Source: Bacillota bacterium (GTDB lineage: Bacteria > Bacillota > Clostridia > Lachnospirales > Lachnospiraceae). Taken from it: a DNA stretch of 64,000 nucleotides. Below the pieces are notes generated by a model. That model had not been told where the DNA came from. It saw nothing but the letters and a program-made list of their open reading frames with translations, and did no database searches. The position numbers and the translations under genes were made by a program. Of this stretch, positions 40,791-50,406 are shown in pieces (positions within the stretch are counted from its first letter, which is position 1; each line of letters opens with the position of its first letter). Location of the stretch: NCBI GenBank assembly GCA_023418475.1, contig JAEZZO010000072.1, forward strand, positions 147,630 to 211,629, written 5' to 3'.

Positions 40791-41498
40791 ATGAATAGCG
40801 CAATTTCAGTAGAACTTCAATTTTTTCTGGTATCAGTATTAAGCGGAGCCATAATACTGATCGTTTATGATTGCCTGCGTATCTTTCGCAGAGTATTGAA
40901 ACATGACGGTTTTTTTATTGCCCTTGAAGATATGATTTTCTGGGTTTGTGCAAGTTTATTTATTTTTATCATGATGTATCGGCAGAATGACGGTATAATC
41001 CGCGGTTTTTCTATTATGGGTATGGCAAGCGGAATGCTGCTCTATCACTATGCATTCAGTGATCTCCTGGTAAAATGGATTTCTGAACTTATTAATATGT
41101 TAATTAGCCCATTGGTCTTTCTATTAAAATTAATAAGAAAATTAATAGGAATTATCTGGCGTAAAGAAAAGAAAGTAATAAATATTCTGACAAGTAGATT
41201 GAAAAAAATAACAAAATCAGTTAGAATAGCATTAAACAAAAGAAAACTGGCATCTGCCGAGAAGAGGCAGCTGCGTTTGAAGGATAAAAGCATTAAAAAA
41301 CAAAAGGAAGAAGAAAAGAAACAGGAAAAGAAGCAAAAGGAAAAACAAAAGAAAAAACAAAAGAAACAGAAGGAAAAGCATCAAGCAAAAATAAATTCAG
41401 ATCGTAAATCAGCTACAAGCTTACAGAATGATACGGACAGAAATTCATCAAAGAATCTGAATAAAAAATCGCAAAATATTACAAAAAAGAACATATAA
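40791..41498 (+). CDS. yabQ: Spore cortex protein YabQ with Lys-rich C-terminal tail
   Basis: YDCLRIFR, EDMIFW and NDGIIRGF; follows yabP. Confidence 0.88.
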   Translation: MNSAISVELQFFLVSVLSGAIILIVYDCLRIFRRVLKHDGFFIALEDMIFWVCASLFIFIMMYRQNDGIIRGFSIMGMASGMLLYHYAFSDLLVKWISELINMLISPLVFLLKLIRKLIGIIWRKEKKVINILTSRLKKITKSVRIALNKRKLASAEKRQLRLKDKSIKKQKEEEKKQEKKQKEKQKKKQKKQKEKHQAKINSDRKSATSLQNDTDRNSSKNLNKKSQNITKKNI

Positions 41499-41605
41499 AA
41501 AATTCGATAAATCGTAAAGAGATCAGGATAAATATTTATTGGAAATTACCCTTCCGTAAAATTGCAGCAATAAAAATAATAAAACCTAAGAATCATTTAT
41601 AGGAG

Positions 41606-41908
41606 ATGAAGAGAATAATGCGTAAAAGACAGAAAAAGGGGACAGGCATCGGTATTATTGCCATGGTTGTTTTGATATTATTTGGAATTGTAACTTTTCG
41701 ACGGGTTGGGCTAGCGGAAGAAAGGGCGGACGCTGAAATCAAAATAGCAAGGCTTGATACTCGTATACAGAAGCAGAAGGAACGTGAGATTGATATAGAA
41801 AACTTTCGAAAATATTCTAAAACACCGCAGTACATAGAACAAATTGCAAGAGAGAAGCTTGGACTTGTTTATAAGGATGAGATTATATTTGAAGAAGAGA
41901 AACAATAA
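41606..41908 (+). CDS. divIC: Septum formation initiator (DivIC/FtsB family)
   Basis: Basic N-terminus, TM helix, coiled coil and YIEQIAREKLGLV..DEIIF. Confidence 0.9.
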   Translation: MKRIMRKRQKKGTGIGIIAMVVLILFGIVTFRRVGLAEERADAEIKIARLDTRIQKQKEREIDIENFRKYSKTPQYIEQIAREKLGLVYKDEIIFEEEKQ

Positions 41909-41931
41909 GATACATTAATTTAATAAAGTGA

Positions 41932-41960
41932 TTGACAAGTGTCCGGAAACCAGATATAAT
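41932..41960 (+). promoter_or_regulatory. Consensus sigmaA promoter of the tRNA gene
   Basis: TTGACA-17 bp-TATAAT. Confidence 0.9.
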
Positions 41961-41975
41961 AAAGTTCGTCACTTT

Positions 41976-42049
41976 GGCGAAGTAGCTCAGCTGGCGAGAG
42001 CACGCGGTTCATACCCGCGGTGTCGGCGGTTCAAATCCGTCCTTCGCTA
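41976..42049 (+). tRNA. tRNA-Met (CAT), elongator type; CCA not encoded
   Basis: Acceptor GGCGAAG/CTTCGCT, D arm GCTC..GAGC, anticodon arm CGCGG-TTCATAC-CCGCG, T loop TTCAAAT. Confidence 0.95.
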
Positions 42050-42058
42050 CTATAGGCA

Positions 42059-42088
42059 GGGAGTTGTATTTTATACAACTCTTTTTTG
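42059..42088 (+). terminator. Terminator after the tRNA
   Basis: GAGTTGTA-TTTTA-TACAACTC followed by a T run. Confidence 0.85.
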
Positions 42089-42440
42089 TTATGTAAAATA
42101 CGTCAAACAAATAAGCATTCAAAATAATACGATTGCTGCTAATACTTTAATGAACTTTTACATTGATATCATATTATTTGATTGCTGCTTAGCTGTTTAA
42201 AATATTCTATATTGCTAGCCGTCCCGGTACTTTCCGGGGGGGCCTTTTTGCGTAGCAGAAAACAATCCTGACTGCAGTTATGAGTGGCAGTGATATTTAC
42301 ATTGTAAATAAAGTAGGTGTATCTATAAAAATGACAGTTTATGAATGCATAGGAGCAGTATTATGTACAGGATACATATAAGAAAATATGCATTAGGAAA
42401 TATTTACTATGAAATATAACATATTATGGGTATAAATAGA

Positions 42441-42497
42441 TTGACAAATTATAGCAAATTGATATATGATTTTTATATGGTTTGTTCAATAAACTAA
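42441..42497 (+). promoter_or_regulatory. sigmaA promoter with downstream operator-like dyad (XylR/ROK-like)
   Basis: TTGACA-18 bp-TATGAT followed by ATGGTTTGTT-C-AATAAACTAA. Confidence 0.55.
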
Positions 42498-42515
42498 TAA
42501 AATGAGGAGGTATTT

Positions 42516-45500
42516 ATGCTAAGAAGGAAAAAGTCGCTTGCACTTCTAATGGTACTTGTAATGCTGATGACATCTGTGGGTATGGACCCTGTCAAGGTAC
42601 AGGCAGCAAAGCGAAGAACAGTTACAGTTAGCACACAGAGGGAATTAGAAGCAGCAATGCAAGAAGAACAGGTTGGGGAAATTATTATTTCCACCAAGAG
42701 TAAAGTAACACTGACTATTCCGGAAAGTGCCGGGAGTACTAACAAAAGATTGGTTGTTAATGCAGCAAATGCAACACTTGTGAATAACGGAAGTTTTAAA
42801 AAAATCACTATGAAAGCTTCGCTTCATTTTACAGAAAGCGGAAAAGGAAATAGTATCGTTGTAAAAGCGAAACAAGCTGTTATTACCGTTTCGTCAAAGG
42901 CCAGCGTAAAATCATTGGTGTCAAATGGAGCAGATATTACGTTGGAAAAGAATGCAAAAGTAAATTTCTTAACATTAAAAGGCAAAAAAGCAAGTTTGAC
43001 ATTAAAAGAAGGCGCAACGATAAAAGAAACAGCTATTCTGGGAACATCCGCAAGACTTAGGGTCAATAAGGGTGCGAAGCTGGAAGCAGTATTAGTGAAA
43101 AAGAAGGGGGCTGTTGTTGATATCATAGCAAACGGAAAGGTTGCAGTTGATGTCAGGGCAAAGGCTGATATAGCTATCAGCGGTAACGCAAAGAGTACTG
43201 TAATTACAGTTGATAAAAAGGCAAAGGGAACAGTTCTTGAAGCAAGTACTTCTATTAAATTGGATACAAAAGCTACGATAGAGGTTACCTTGAAAGCCGG
43301 AGCAGAAAACTCTACCCTAAAGGCCTCTGATAAAAAGGCGGATGTAGCCGTAAAGAACGAGACAAGTAAGGATATAGATCTGGTAACAGAAGAAGGCAGC
43401 GTTACGATTGGCAAAGGTGGGGCAAACAAGCCTGAACCCTCGGCTAAACCTACAGCACAGCCTACTGCTGTTCCCTCGTTATCTCCAAGTAACGGTGGCA
43501 ATTCAAGTTCCTCTAATAATGGACCGGAGCGTGTTCCGGTGGATCAGAACGGATTTGATGCGAAAGGACGTATGGTTGCTTACTTCGGCACACCGGTAAT
43601 TGACGGAACAGCAGATAAGGTGTGGGATAATGCAGTACCAGTTACCTTGAAGGATGCGGCAGGCAAGACTGATACCACAGCAGAGTTCAGAGTAATGTGG
43701 GATGATAAGGCTCTATATGTTCTTGCCAAGGTAAAGGACAGCGCACTGGATATAACCTCCGGTAATGTTTATCAGAAGGACTCCATAGAGATTTTCCTGG
43801 ATGAGAAAAATAACAAGACGAAGGACTATGATGCAGATGACTTACATTTCAGAGTAAATTATAAGAATGAGCAGTCATCGGATTATGGAGATTTAAGCAG
43901 ATTTTATACGGCAACGAAAACAGTAAGTGATGGGTATATTATTGAAGCAAGAATTGCTCTTACGGAGAAACTTGCGAAAAACGACGCGGTATATGGTTTT
44001 GAGCTGTCACTCAATGATGCAAAAGGCGGTGTAAGACTCGCAGCGCTTAATGTGTTTGACAAGACCGGCATGGCATATGCGGATACCGGCCTCTTTGGAA
44101 ATTTATTACTCAAAGGAAAAACAGCAGGTTCTGTATCCGGCTTAAACCCCTATGACTTATTAAAGCTAGTGGAAAGCAGTAAAAAGATTTTATTAGACCG
44201 TTACTCCAACGCAGATAGAGTAAGAGACCTTATTGCAAAATCGGAAGCAGCTATTTTGAAAGCAGATACAAAACAAAAGGAATTAGATGATTTATATGCA
44301 GCGCTTGATAAAGCAGTGGAGGGTCTTATTGGAGACGGCAAGGATTATGATGATAAGGAATGCAGAGAGGTACCGGTAAAGTATAAGAGAGTTGATGAGC
44401 ATAAGGGAACCATTGAAAGAGTATCCTATCAGACAAAATCTTATGATGCTAAAAGAGAAGACCGTGTTAAGGACTTTCTTATATATCTGCCGGCCGGCTA
44501 TAATGCGGCAGATAAGTCTAAGAAATATAATGTATTATACCTAATTCATGGTATGGGTGAGAATCAGAATACAGTATTTGGAGGACCTGGCCAGAATACT
44601 GAAATGATGAAGATTCTTGATAATATGATATATAACAATAAACTTGATCCAATGATTATTGTGACACCTACCTGGACCTATCCGGGAGCAGCGGGATCAA
44701 CTGAAACATTTCATAATGAACTTGTGAATGATATTATTCCTGTAGTGGAAGGTAAATATAATACTTACGCAGCCTCAACCTCTGAAAAGGATTTAATTGC
44801 GGCCAGAGAACACAGGGCATTAGGAGGATTTTCAGCAGGCTCCATGACAACCTGGTATACCTTTGTTAACCGCGTCGAATACTTTAAGTATTATATGCCT
44901 ATAAGTGCAGGCTACTCCAAGGATTGGGGAGTAGATAATTTCAACGGTACAGCGGATGAAAAGCGTGCACAGTACTTGGAGAGCATTGTAAGGGATGCGG
45001 GTTACGGACCGAATGATATTAGTATCTTCTGCGCTACCGGTACTGCGGATATGGCTTATGGAGGTCTTGCAAATATCGTAAAGGCTATGAAAAAATATGA
45101 TGACACCTTTTTATATAGTGCTAATTTAAACAAAGGAAATTTCTATTTCATGACCTTAGAAGGCGGTACACATGCCTGGACCAGTGTAAACAGGTACTTA
45201 TATAATATGCTGCCGGATCTGTTCAACAGTAAGAAAATCATGTTAGAGAAACCGGGCGTTGTCCCGGTAAATGATAAGGGATTGGATGAAGCTAACCGTA
45301 TAGTTGCTAACTTTGGATCCCCGATTATAGATGGAGAGATCGATCCTATATGGGAGACGGCTGTTCCGGTTTCAGCCGTAGAAGTCAGTGGAACACCGAT
45401 AAAAGCTAATTTTAAGATGCTTTGGGATGATAAAGCAATCTATGTACTTGCTAAGGTAAAGGACGATGTGCTGGATGGAACCTCCGGTAATGTATATGAT

Positions 45501-47663
45501 AGAGATTCTGTGGAAATATTCCTTGATGAGAATAATGATAAAACGGAAAAATACAATAAGGATGACCTTCATTTCAGAGTAAGTTATGACAATAAGCAGT
45601 CTGCTGATAATGGAGATTTAAGCAGGTTTTATACGAGAACATCACCTACCACCGGAGGATATATTGTTGAAGCAAGAATAGCTCTTACGACAAAGCCTGC
45701 AAATAATACGAAGTTCGGAATTGATTTGTCCGTCAATGATGGAAGGAATGGCAGAAAACTCGGACAGATAAGTGTCTTTGATCAGAACAATGAAGCATAT
45801 AAGGATACCGGAAAGTTTGGCGAGGTTATATTATCCGGAAGAGCGAAAGGGGCTGTTTCAGGATTAAATCCCTACGACCTGATGGAGGTAGTAGAGGAAG
45901 CAAATGAAATTAAGCTTGACCGTTATAAGAACGGAGATGTTGTAAAGGGATTAATAAGTGATGCAGATGCAGCACTTAAAAATGCCTGGGTTACCCAAAA
46001 GGGAATTAACAATCTGAGCAATAAACTGCGTAATGCAATTGATGAGCTTATTCCTGATGGTAAATCTTATGCTGATAAGGAATGCAGGAGAATTCCAATA
46101 AAGTATAAAACTGTTGATGAACACCTGGGCACAATTGAAAGGATATCCTATAATACTAATACTTATGACGGTAAAAATGAAGATCGTCAGAAGGATTTTC
46201 TGGTATATCTGCCTGAGGGATATAATCAAAATGATACAGCCAAGAAATATAATGTATTATATTTAATTCATGGTATGGGTGAAAATCAGAATACAGTTTT
46301 CGGAGGACCCGGTGAAAATACCGAAATGATGAAAATCCTTGATAACATGATTTATAACAAACAAATAGAACCTTTAATAGTTGTAACTCCAACCTGGTCT
46401 TATAACGGGAATTCAGGAGATTTCTCCGTAATCTTCTCACAAACGGAGAACTTCCACAATGAGCTGGTGAAGGATATTATACCTGCGGTGGAAAGCAAGT
46501 ATAATACTTATGCTGCATCAACTTCTGAGGCGGATTTAATTGCTGCCAGGGAGCATAGAGCGCTGGCAGGTTTTTCCATGGGTTCTTCTACTACCTGGAA
46601 TACCTTTGCAAGCAGGATCAGTTATTTTAAGTATTATATGCCAATGAGCTTATCCTTTATAAAAGGTGTTAATGTTGATGCATATGAAGGGACAGCAGAT
46701 GAGAAGAAGGCACAGTATCTGGCAAGTGTCATAAGAAGAGCAGGTTATGGACCAAATGATGTAAGTGTTTTTTGTGCCACAGGCACAGAAGATATGGCTT
46801 ATGGAGGAATGGTAAATCAAATAAATGCAATGAGAAAAGAAGATAATATCTTCCTTTCTAATGCCGATCTAAATAAAGGTAACTTCTACTTCATGACACT
46901 GGAAGGCGGTACACATACCTGGAACTGTGTAAACAGATATTTGTATAATATGCTTCCGGATTTATTTAACAATAAAACAATTGATCCGTCAACCATTCCG
47001 GCAAGAGCCTATATCGAATTTGACAAAAACGATGGTACAGGTTATATAGGTGACAGAAAACTAAATGCAAATGGTGCTGTGAAGCTTCCAACGGAAGTTA
47101 AAATGGCTGGAGCAGAGCTGATGGGCTGGAGTACAGCACCCAATTCAAAGGTAGTTGTCAATCCTGCAGCAGACGGAACTTACCAGGTAGCAGCGGGTAC
47201 AACTACGTTATATGCTGTCTGGAAGTGGAGCAAGCCATCCATAACCGGTTCAGTAAATTCAGGAATAATCACTGTGGATACCGGTGCAGTTGAGAATATT
47301 AAGCTGGCAGTAGGAGTATCGGGAGCTGCGATTCGTGTTGTAACCGGAGCTGCAGTTTCGGTTACTCCGTCAGCAATAAGTGTCGGTACGATAGTAGCAG
47401 GAGCGAACGAGAATTTTACCTTAAATATTTTAAAAAATGTTAAGAATGTAACCGGAGACTATATAATTCAATATGCGGCAGTTGATGCCGGTGTAAGTGA
47501 TACAAACAGTTTTCATTGGAATAACATATCATTTACAGATAATAATTCTATTATTCATGTGAATGCCGCTTCTGTAGACCGAAAGATATATATTCGAGTA
47601 ATCAGCAATGCGGACTGTAAATTCCTTGCCGGGGATGCCATACCTCTGGAAATAAAATATTAA
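42516..47663 (+). CDS. Secreted multimodular carbohydrate esterase: N-terminal beta-rich domain, linker, 2x[CBM9-like, helical bundle, CE1 feruloyl/acetyl-xylan esterase-like], InlB-B-like repeat
   Basis: Signal peptide; PVIDG/PIIDG..MWDD..DS(I/V)EIFLDE CBM9-like motifs twice; GFSAGS and GFSMGS nucleophile elbows; GT(A/E)DMAY and GGTH(A/T)W. Confidence 0.85.
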   Translation: MLRRKKSLALLMVLVMLMTSVGMDPVKVQAAKRRTVTVSTQRELEAAMQEEQVGEIIISTKSKVTLTIPESAGSTNKRLVVNAANATLVNNGSFKKITMKASLHFTESGKGNSIVVKAKQAVITVSSKASVKSLVSNGADITLEKNAKVNFLTLKGKKASLTLKEGATIKETAILGTSARLRVNKGAKLEAVLVKKKGAVVDIIANGKVAVDVRAKADIAISGNAKSTVITVDKKAKGTVLEASTSIKLDTKATIEVTLKAGAENSTLKASDKKADVAVKNETSKDIDLVTEEGSVTIGKGGANKPEPSAKPTAQPTAVPSLSPSNGGNSSSSNNGPERVPVDQNGFDAKGRMVAYFGTPVIDGTADKVWDNAVPVTLKDAAGKTDTTAEFRVMWDDKALYVLAKVKDSALDITSGNVYQKDSIEIFLDEKNNKTKDYDADDLHFRVNYKNEQSSDYGDLSRFYTATKTVSDGYIIEARIALTEKLAKNDAVYGFELSLNDAKGGVRLAALNVFDKTGMAYADTGLFGNLLLKGKTAGSVSGLNPYDLLKLVESSKKILLDRYSNADRVRDLIAKSEAAILKADTKQKELDDLYAALDKAVEGLIGDGKDYDDKECREVPVKYKRVDEHKGTIERVSYQTKSYDAKREDRVKDFLIYLPAGYNAADKSKKYNVLYLIHGMGENQNTVFGGPGQNTEMMKILDNMIYNNKLDPMIIVTPTWTYPGAAGSTETFHNELVNDIIPVVEGKYNTYAASTSEKDLIAAREHRALGGFSAGSMTTWYTFVNRVEYFKYYMPISAGYSKDWGVDNFNGTADEKRAQYLESIVRDAGYGPNDISIFCATGTADMAYGGLANIVKAMKKYDDTFLYSANLNKGNFYFMTLEGGTHAWTSVNRYLYNMLPDLFNSKKIMLEKPGVVPVNDKGLDEANRIVANFGSPIIDGEIDPIWETAVPVSAVEVSGTPIKANFKMLWDDKAIYVLAKVKDDVLDGTSGNVYDRDSVEIFLDENNDKTEKYNKDDLHFRVSYDNKQSADNGDLSRFYTRTSPTTGGYIVEARIALTTKPANNTKFGIDLSVNDGRNGRKLGQISVFDQNNEAYKDTGKFGEVILSGRAKGAVSGLNPYDLMEVVEEANEIKLDRYKNGDVVKGLISDADAALKNAWVTQKGINNLSNKLRNAIDELIPDGKSYADKECRRIPIKYKTVDEHLGTIERISYNTNTYDGKNEDRQKDFLVYLPEGYNQNDTAKKYNVLYLIHGMGENQNTVFGGPGENTEMMKILDNMIYNKQIEPLIVVTPTWSYNGNSGDFSVIFSQTENFHNELVKDIIPAVESKYNTYAASTSEADLIAAREHRALAGFSMGSSTTWNTFASRISYFKYYMPMSLSFIKGVNVDAYEGTADEKKAQYLASVIRRAGYGPNDVSVFCATGTEDMAYGGMVNQINAMRKEDNIFLSNADLNKGNFYFMTLEGGTHTWNCVNRYLYNMLPDLFNNKTIDPSTIPARAYIEFDKNDGTGYIGDRKLNANGAVKLPTEVKMAGAELMGWSTAPNSKVVVNPAADGTYQVAAGTTTLYAVWKWSKPSITGSVNSGIITVDTGAVENIKLAVGVSGAAIRVVTGAAVSVTPSAISVGTIVAGANENFTLNILKNVKNVTGDYIIQYAAVDAGVSDTNSFHWNNISFTDNNSIIHVNAASVDRKIYIRVISNADCKFLAGDAIPLEIKY

Positions 47664-47702
47664 GGCAGGAAGAATAACGCGGATAAACCTTGGAAAACAT
47701 AG

Positions 47703-47738
47703 TAAGGGCAAGACCATAGCAGCGTGGTCTTGCCCTTA
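47703..47738 (+). terminator. Intrinsic terminator
   Basis: TAAGGGCAAGACCA...TGGTCTTGCCCTTA. Confidence 0.8.
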
Positions 47739-47894
47739 TTCTGTGACATATGTATACATTCCGGAAAATGCACTCCAGCATGGAGGCAGTGAAAGGGAAT
47801 AATTTATCTTTAAATTTTCTGGGTGGATTATTTTTATGCTCTTAAATATATTTAGGTGCCTTTAATCGATTTTATCACCTTTTTGATGGAGTTC

Positions 47895-47961
47895 TTGTCA
47901 AAAAGTTTTTTAATAACGATTATCTCTTTTGACAAAGATTTCAAATTCGCATGTCTATAAT
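47895..47961 (+). promoter_or_regulatory. spoIIE promoter, Spo0A-activated type (21-bp spacer)
   Basis: TTGACA (47929)-21 bp-TATAAT (47956); 0A-like boxes TGTCAAA (47896) and TTTGACA overlapping the -35. Confidence 0.7.
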
Positions 47962-48011
47962 AACAACACAATCTTCGAACGAATACGGGGAAGCAAAAGG
48001 AGAGAGAAATC

Positions 48012-50303
48012 ATGAAAGGTATTCAAAAAAGAACCTATATCATTCATCTGATCGGCTTTATCATTGCAAGAGCATCATTTTATGGAATGAATCCTTTAGC
48101 GATCGGATATTTTACTGCATCTTATTTGGGGAAAACCGGAGGAGGACTGGCATTTGCCGCTGCATTTCTGGGAATAGTATCTGTTATGGAACCATCACAA
48201 ATACTGAAATATTCGGTTGTGATGATAGGAGCGGTCATATTGTTTGAATTACCATTTATTAAAAAACGGAATGTACCCATACAAATATTATATCTGTTAC
48301 CAGCTATCATTCTCTTTGCAGCATCCATCCTTGAAAAAAATACGGACGGGCTTACGTCAAAAGGTATACTCATGACGTCTTTGGAAGCGTTAATTGCTGT
48401 AGTATCGGCAGCCATTTTTAAAAATGGAATAGAATATATGTGTCAGGCCGTAAGGGGTTTTCGTATGAACAATGAGCAGATGATCAGTATGGCGGTTATC
48501 GTGGCAATTGCAATCTATGCGATACCTAATTTGGGGTATAATGATTATATCGCACCGGTGGAAACAGCTGTTTATTTTGTAATTTTGTTTTTCCTGTATA
48601 AATACGGTGTCGGACAGGGCGCCATCACAGGAGCGGTATGCGGATTTGCCCTGTATCTTCGCGGAGAACCGTTATCAGATATGGCGCTTCTTACGATGAT
48701 GGGAATTATCCCGGCTGTTTTCAGGGAAATGGGAAGATTTCCTACAGCATCTGTTTATTTGATTACAGCGGCACTGATGGGCTTGATTAATCATAATATG
48801 ATATTAACGATTAAAGAAATCGGAGCATTAACATCAGCATTTCTTATCTTCCTGCTGCTTCCCAGAAATCTGATTTACCGGGTCGATGCTGCCGGTGGAA
48901 CAGGCAGGCAAGAGTTTCTGGCTTCGCAGAATTTGAGAAAGATAGCAAAAACAAGAATGAAAATATTCTCAGAATCCTTTTTAAAGCTTTCTAAAACACT
49001 TGATACAATTACGGAGAAACAGACAAAGCTAAAGCAGAACGAAATCAACAGCATTTTTGAAGATATATCCGAAAAATTATGTAAAAATTGCAGCAACTGT
49101 AATAATTGCTGGGAAAATAATTTTAAGCAAACTTATCAGGCCGCCTGTGCAATGTTTGAAACAGCAGAGAAAAAAGGGACGGTTGAAAAAGAAGACATTC
49201 CAAAGGATTTCTTATCCGACTGTATCTGTGCGGATGAATTTATTGCACAGACAAACCGTGGTTTTGAAATTGCGAAGCTTAATAGAATCTGGTATAGCCG
49301 GATCTCAGAGAGCAGAGAAGTAATAGCCGAACAGCTAAAGGAAGTTTCCTCCGTCATAGTGGACATAACAGGAGACATCTATGGTTCAGTGGAGGTTGCA
49401 CGATCAGAAGAGGAGAGGGTGATCAAAAGACTTCGTGCGGAACATATTCAAGTACGGGACATTACAGTATTTGAGAGAGAGAATAAACGCAAGGAAGTCT
49501 ATCTTACTGCGTCCTGCCATGGAGGAAGATGCATTACAGCAAAGGAAGCGGCCAATATCATATCGGAGGTCCTGGATGTAAGACTGCGGGTATCCGAAGC
49601 GTCAAAAGCTGTAATCTCCAATGAAACTTTGAATTTTATATTTGTGGAAGATACGAAATTTAAGGTACTGACAGGAGTTGCAAGAGCAATGAAGGAAGAG
49701 GTATCCGGGGATAACTTTTCTCTTCTGAGACTGGAAAACGGTGAATATATGGTAGCACTCTCGGATGGAATGGGAACCGGTAAGGAGGCGGGAGATGAGA
49801 GTGAAATGGTTATGTCACTTCTGGAGCAGATGATTTCATCAGGATTTAAAGCAGAGACAGCAATTAAACTGATTAATTCATCACTTGTACTGAAGTCGGA
49901 TAAACAGACTTTTTCTACAATTGATATGAGCATCATTAATTTGTTTACCGGAATGTGCGAATTTATTAAGATTGGAGCGGCTGCGGCTTTTGTCAAGAGA
50001 GATAACTGGGTGGAAACCATAAGCTCGACTACGTTACCAATTGGAATGTTTGGAAGCGTTGATTACGATACGATTACAAAAAAATTATATGAAGGGGATA
50101 TTATCATCATGGTAACGGATGGAGTTCTCGACAGTATGAAGGGAGACAATAAAGAAGCGGTAATGGAAGATTTGATTATGTCAATTAAGAGTAAAAACCC
50201 GCAGGAAATAGCCAACCGGATACTGGATAGAACGTTATCGGAAAGTAATTTTAAACCAATTGATGATATGACTGTAATAACTGCCGGAATATGGTTAAAA
50301 TAA
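48012..50303 (+). CDS. spoIIE: Stage II sporulation protein E (PP2C phosphatase)
   Basis: About 10 TM helices, a CxxCxxCxxCW region, VSGD, LSDGMG, VTDGV and DDMTV; precedes tilS. Confidence 0.93.
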   Translation: MKGIQKRTYIIHLIGFIIARASFYGMNPLAIGYFTASYLGKTGGGLAFAAAFLGIVSVMEPSQILKYSVVMIGAVILFELPFIKKRNVPIQILYLLPAIILFAASILEKNTDGLTSKGILMTSLEALIAVVSAAIFKNGIEYMCQAVRGFRMNNEQMISMAVIVAIAIYAIPNLGYNDYIAPVETAVYFVILFFLYKYGVGQGAITGAVCGFALYLRGEPLSDMALLTMMGIIPAVFREMGRFPTASVYLITAALMGLINHNMILTIKEIGALTSAFLIFLLLPRNLIYRVDAAGGTGRQEFLASQNLRKIAKTRMKIFSESFLKLSKTLDTITEKQTKLKQNEINSIFEDISEKLCKNCSNCNNCWENNFKQTYQAACAMFETAEKKGTVEKEDIPKDFLSDCICADEFIAQTNRGFEIAKLNRIWYSRISESREVIAEQLKEVSSVIVDITGDIYGSVEVARSEEERVIKRLRAEHIQVRDITVFERENKRKEVYLTASCHGGRCITAKEAANIISEVLDVRLRVSEASKAVISNETLNFIFVEDTKFKVLTGVARAMKEEVSGDNFSLLRLENGEYMVALSDGMGTGKEAGDESEMVMSLLEQMISSGFKAETAIKLINSSLVLKSDKQTFSTIDMSIINLFTGMCEFIKIGAAAAFVKRDNWVETISSTTLPIGMFGSVDYDTITKKLYEGDIIIMVTDGVLDSMKGDNKEAVMEDLIMSIKSKNPQEIANRILDRTLSESNFKPIDDMTVITAGIWLK

Positions 50304-50406
50304 GATAAAATGAGAAAAACTCATTGAAATATAAATTTAAAAGGATTAGAATATTAATAAATTTTGGGTTCGGCAAATAATTTTACAAAACAAAGATAGG
50401 ATAAAA

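Noticed and set aside
41976..42049. tRNA-Ile2 (TilS substrate) or initiator tRNA
   Set aside because: The 1-72 position pairs (G-U) and the three consecutive G-C anticodon pairs of fMet are lacking. The TTCATAC loop and GGCG acceptor fit the Firmicutes elongator Met pattern despite the nearby tilS.
41928..42200. 90-aa ORF in the track
   Set aside because: It overlaps the tRNA promoter, the tRNA and its terminator, so it is spurious.
41976..47960. tRNA-Met-anchored genomic island or attL/attR around the esterase gene
   Set aside because: No integrase, and only a 9/10 match (TTCAAATTCG near 47940 versus TTCAAATCCG) to the tRNA 3' part, which is within chance. A tRNA-Met before spoIIE is an ancestral arrangement.
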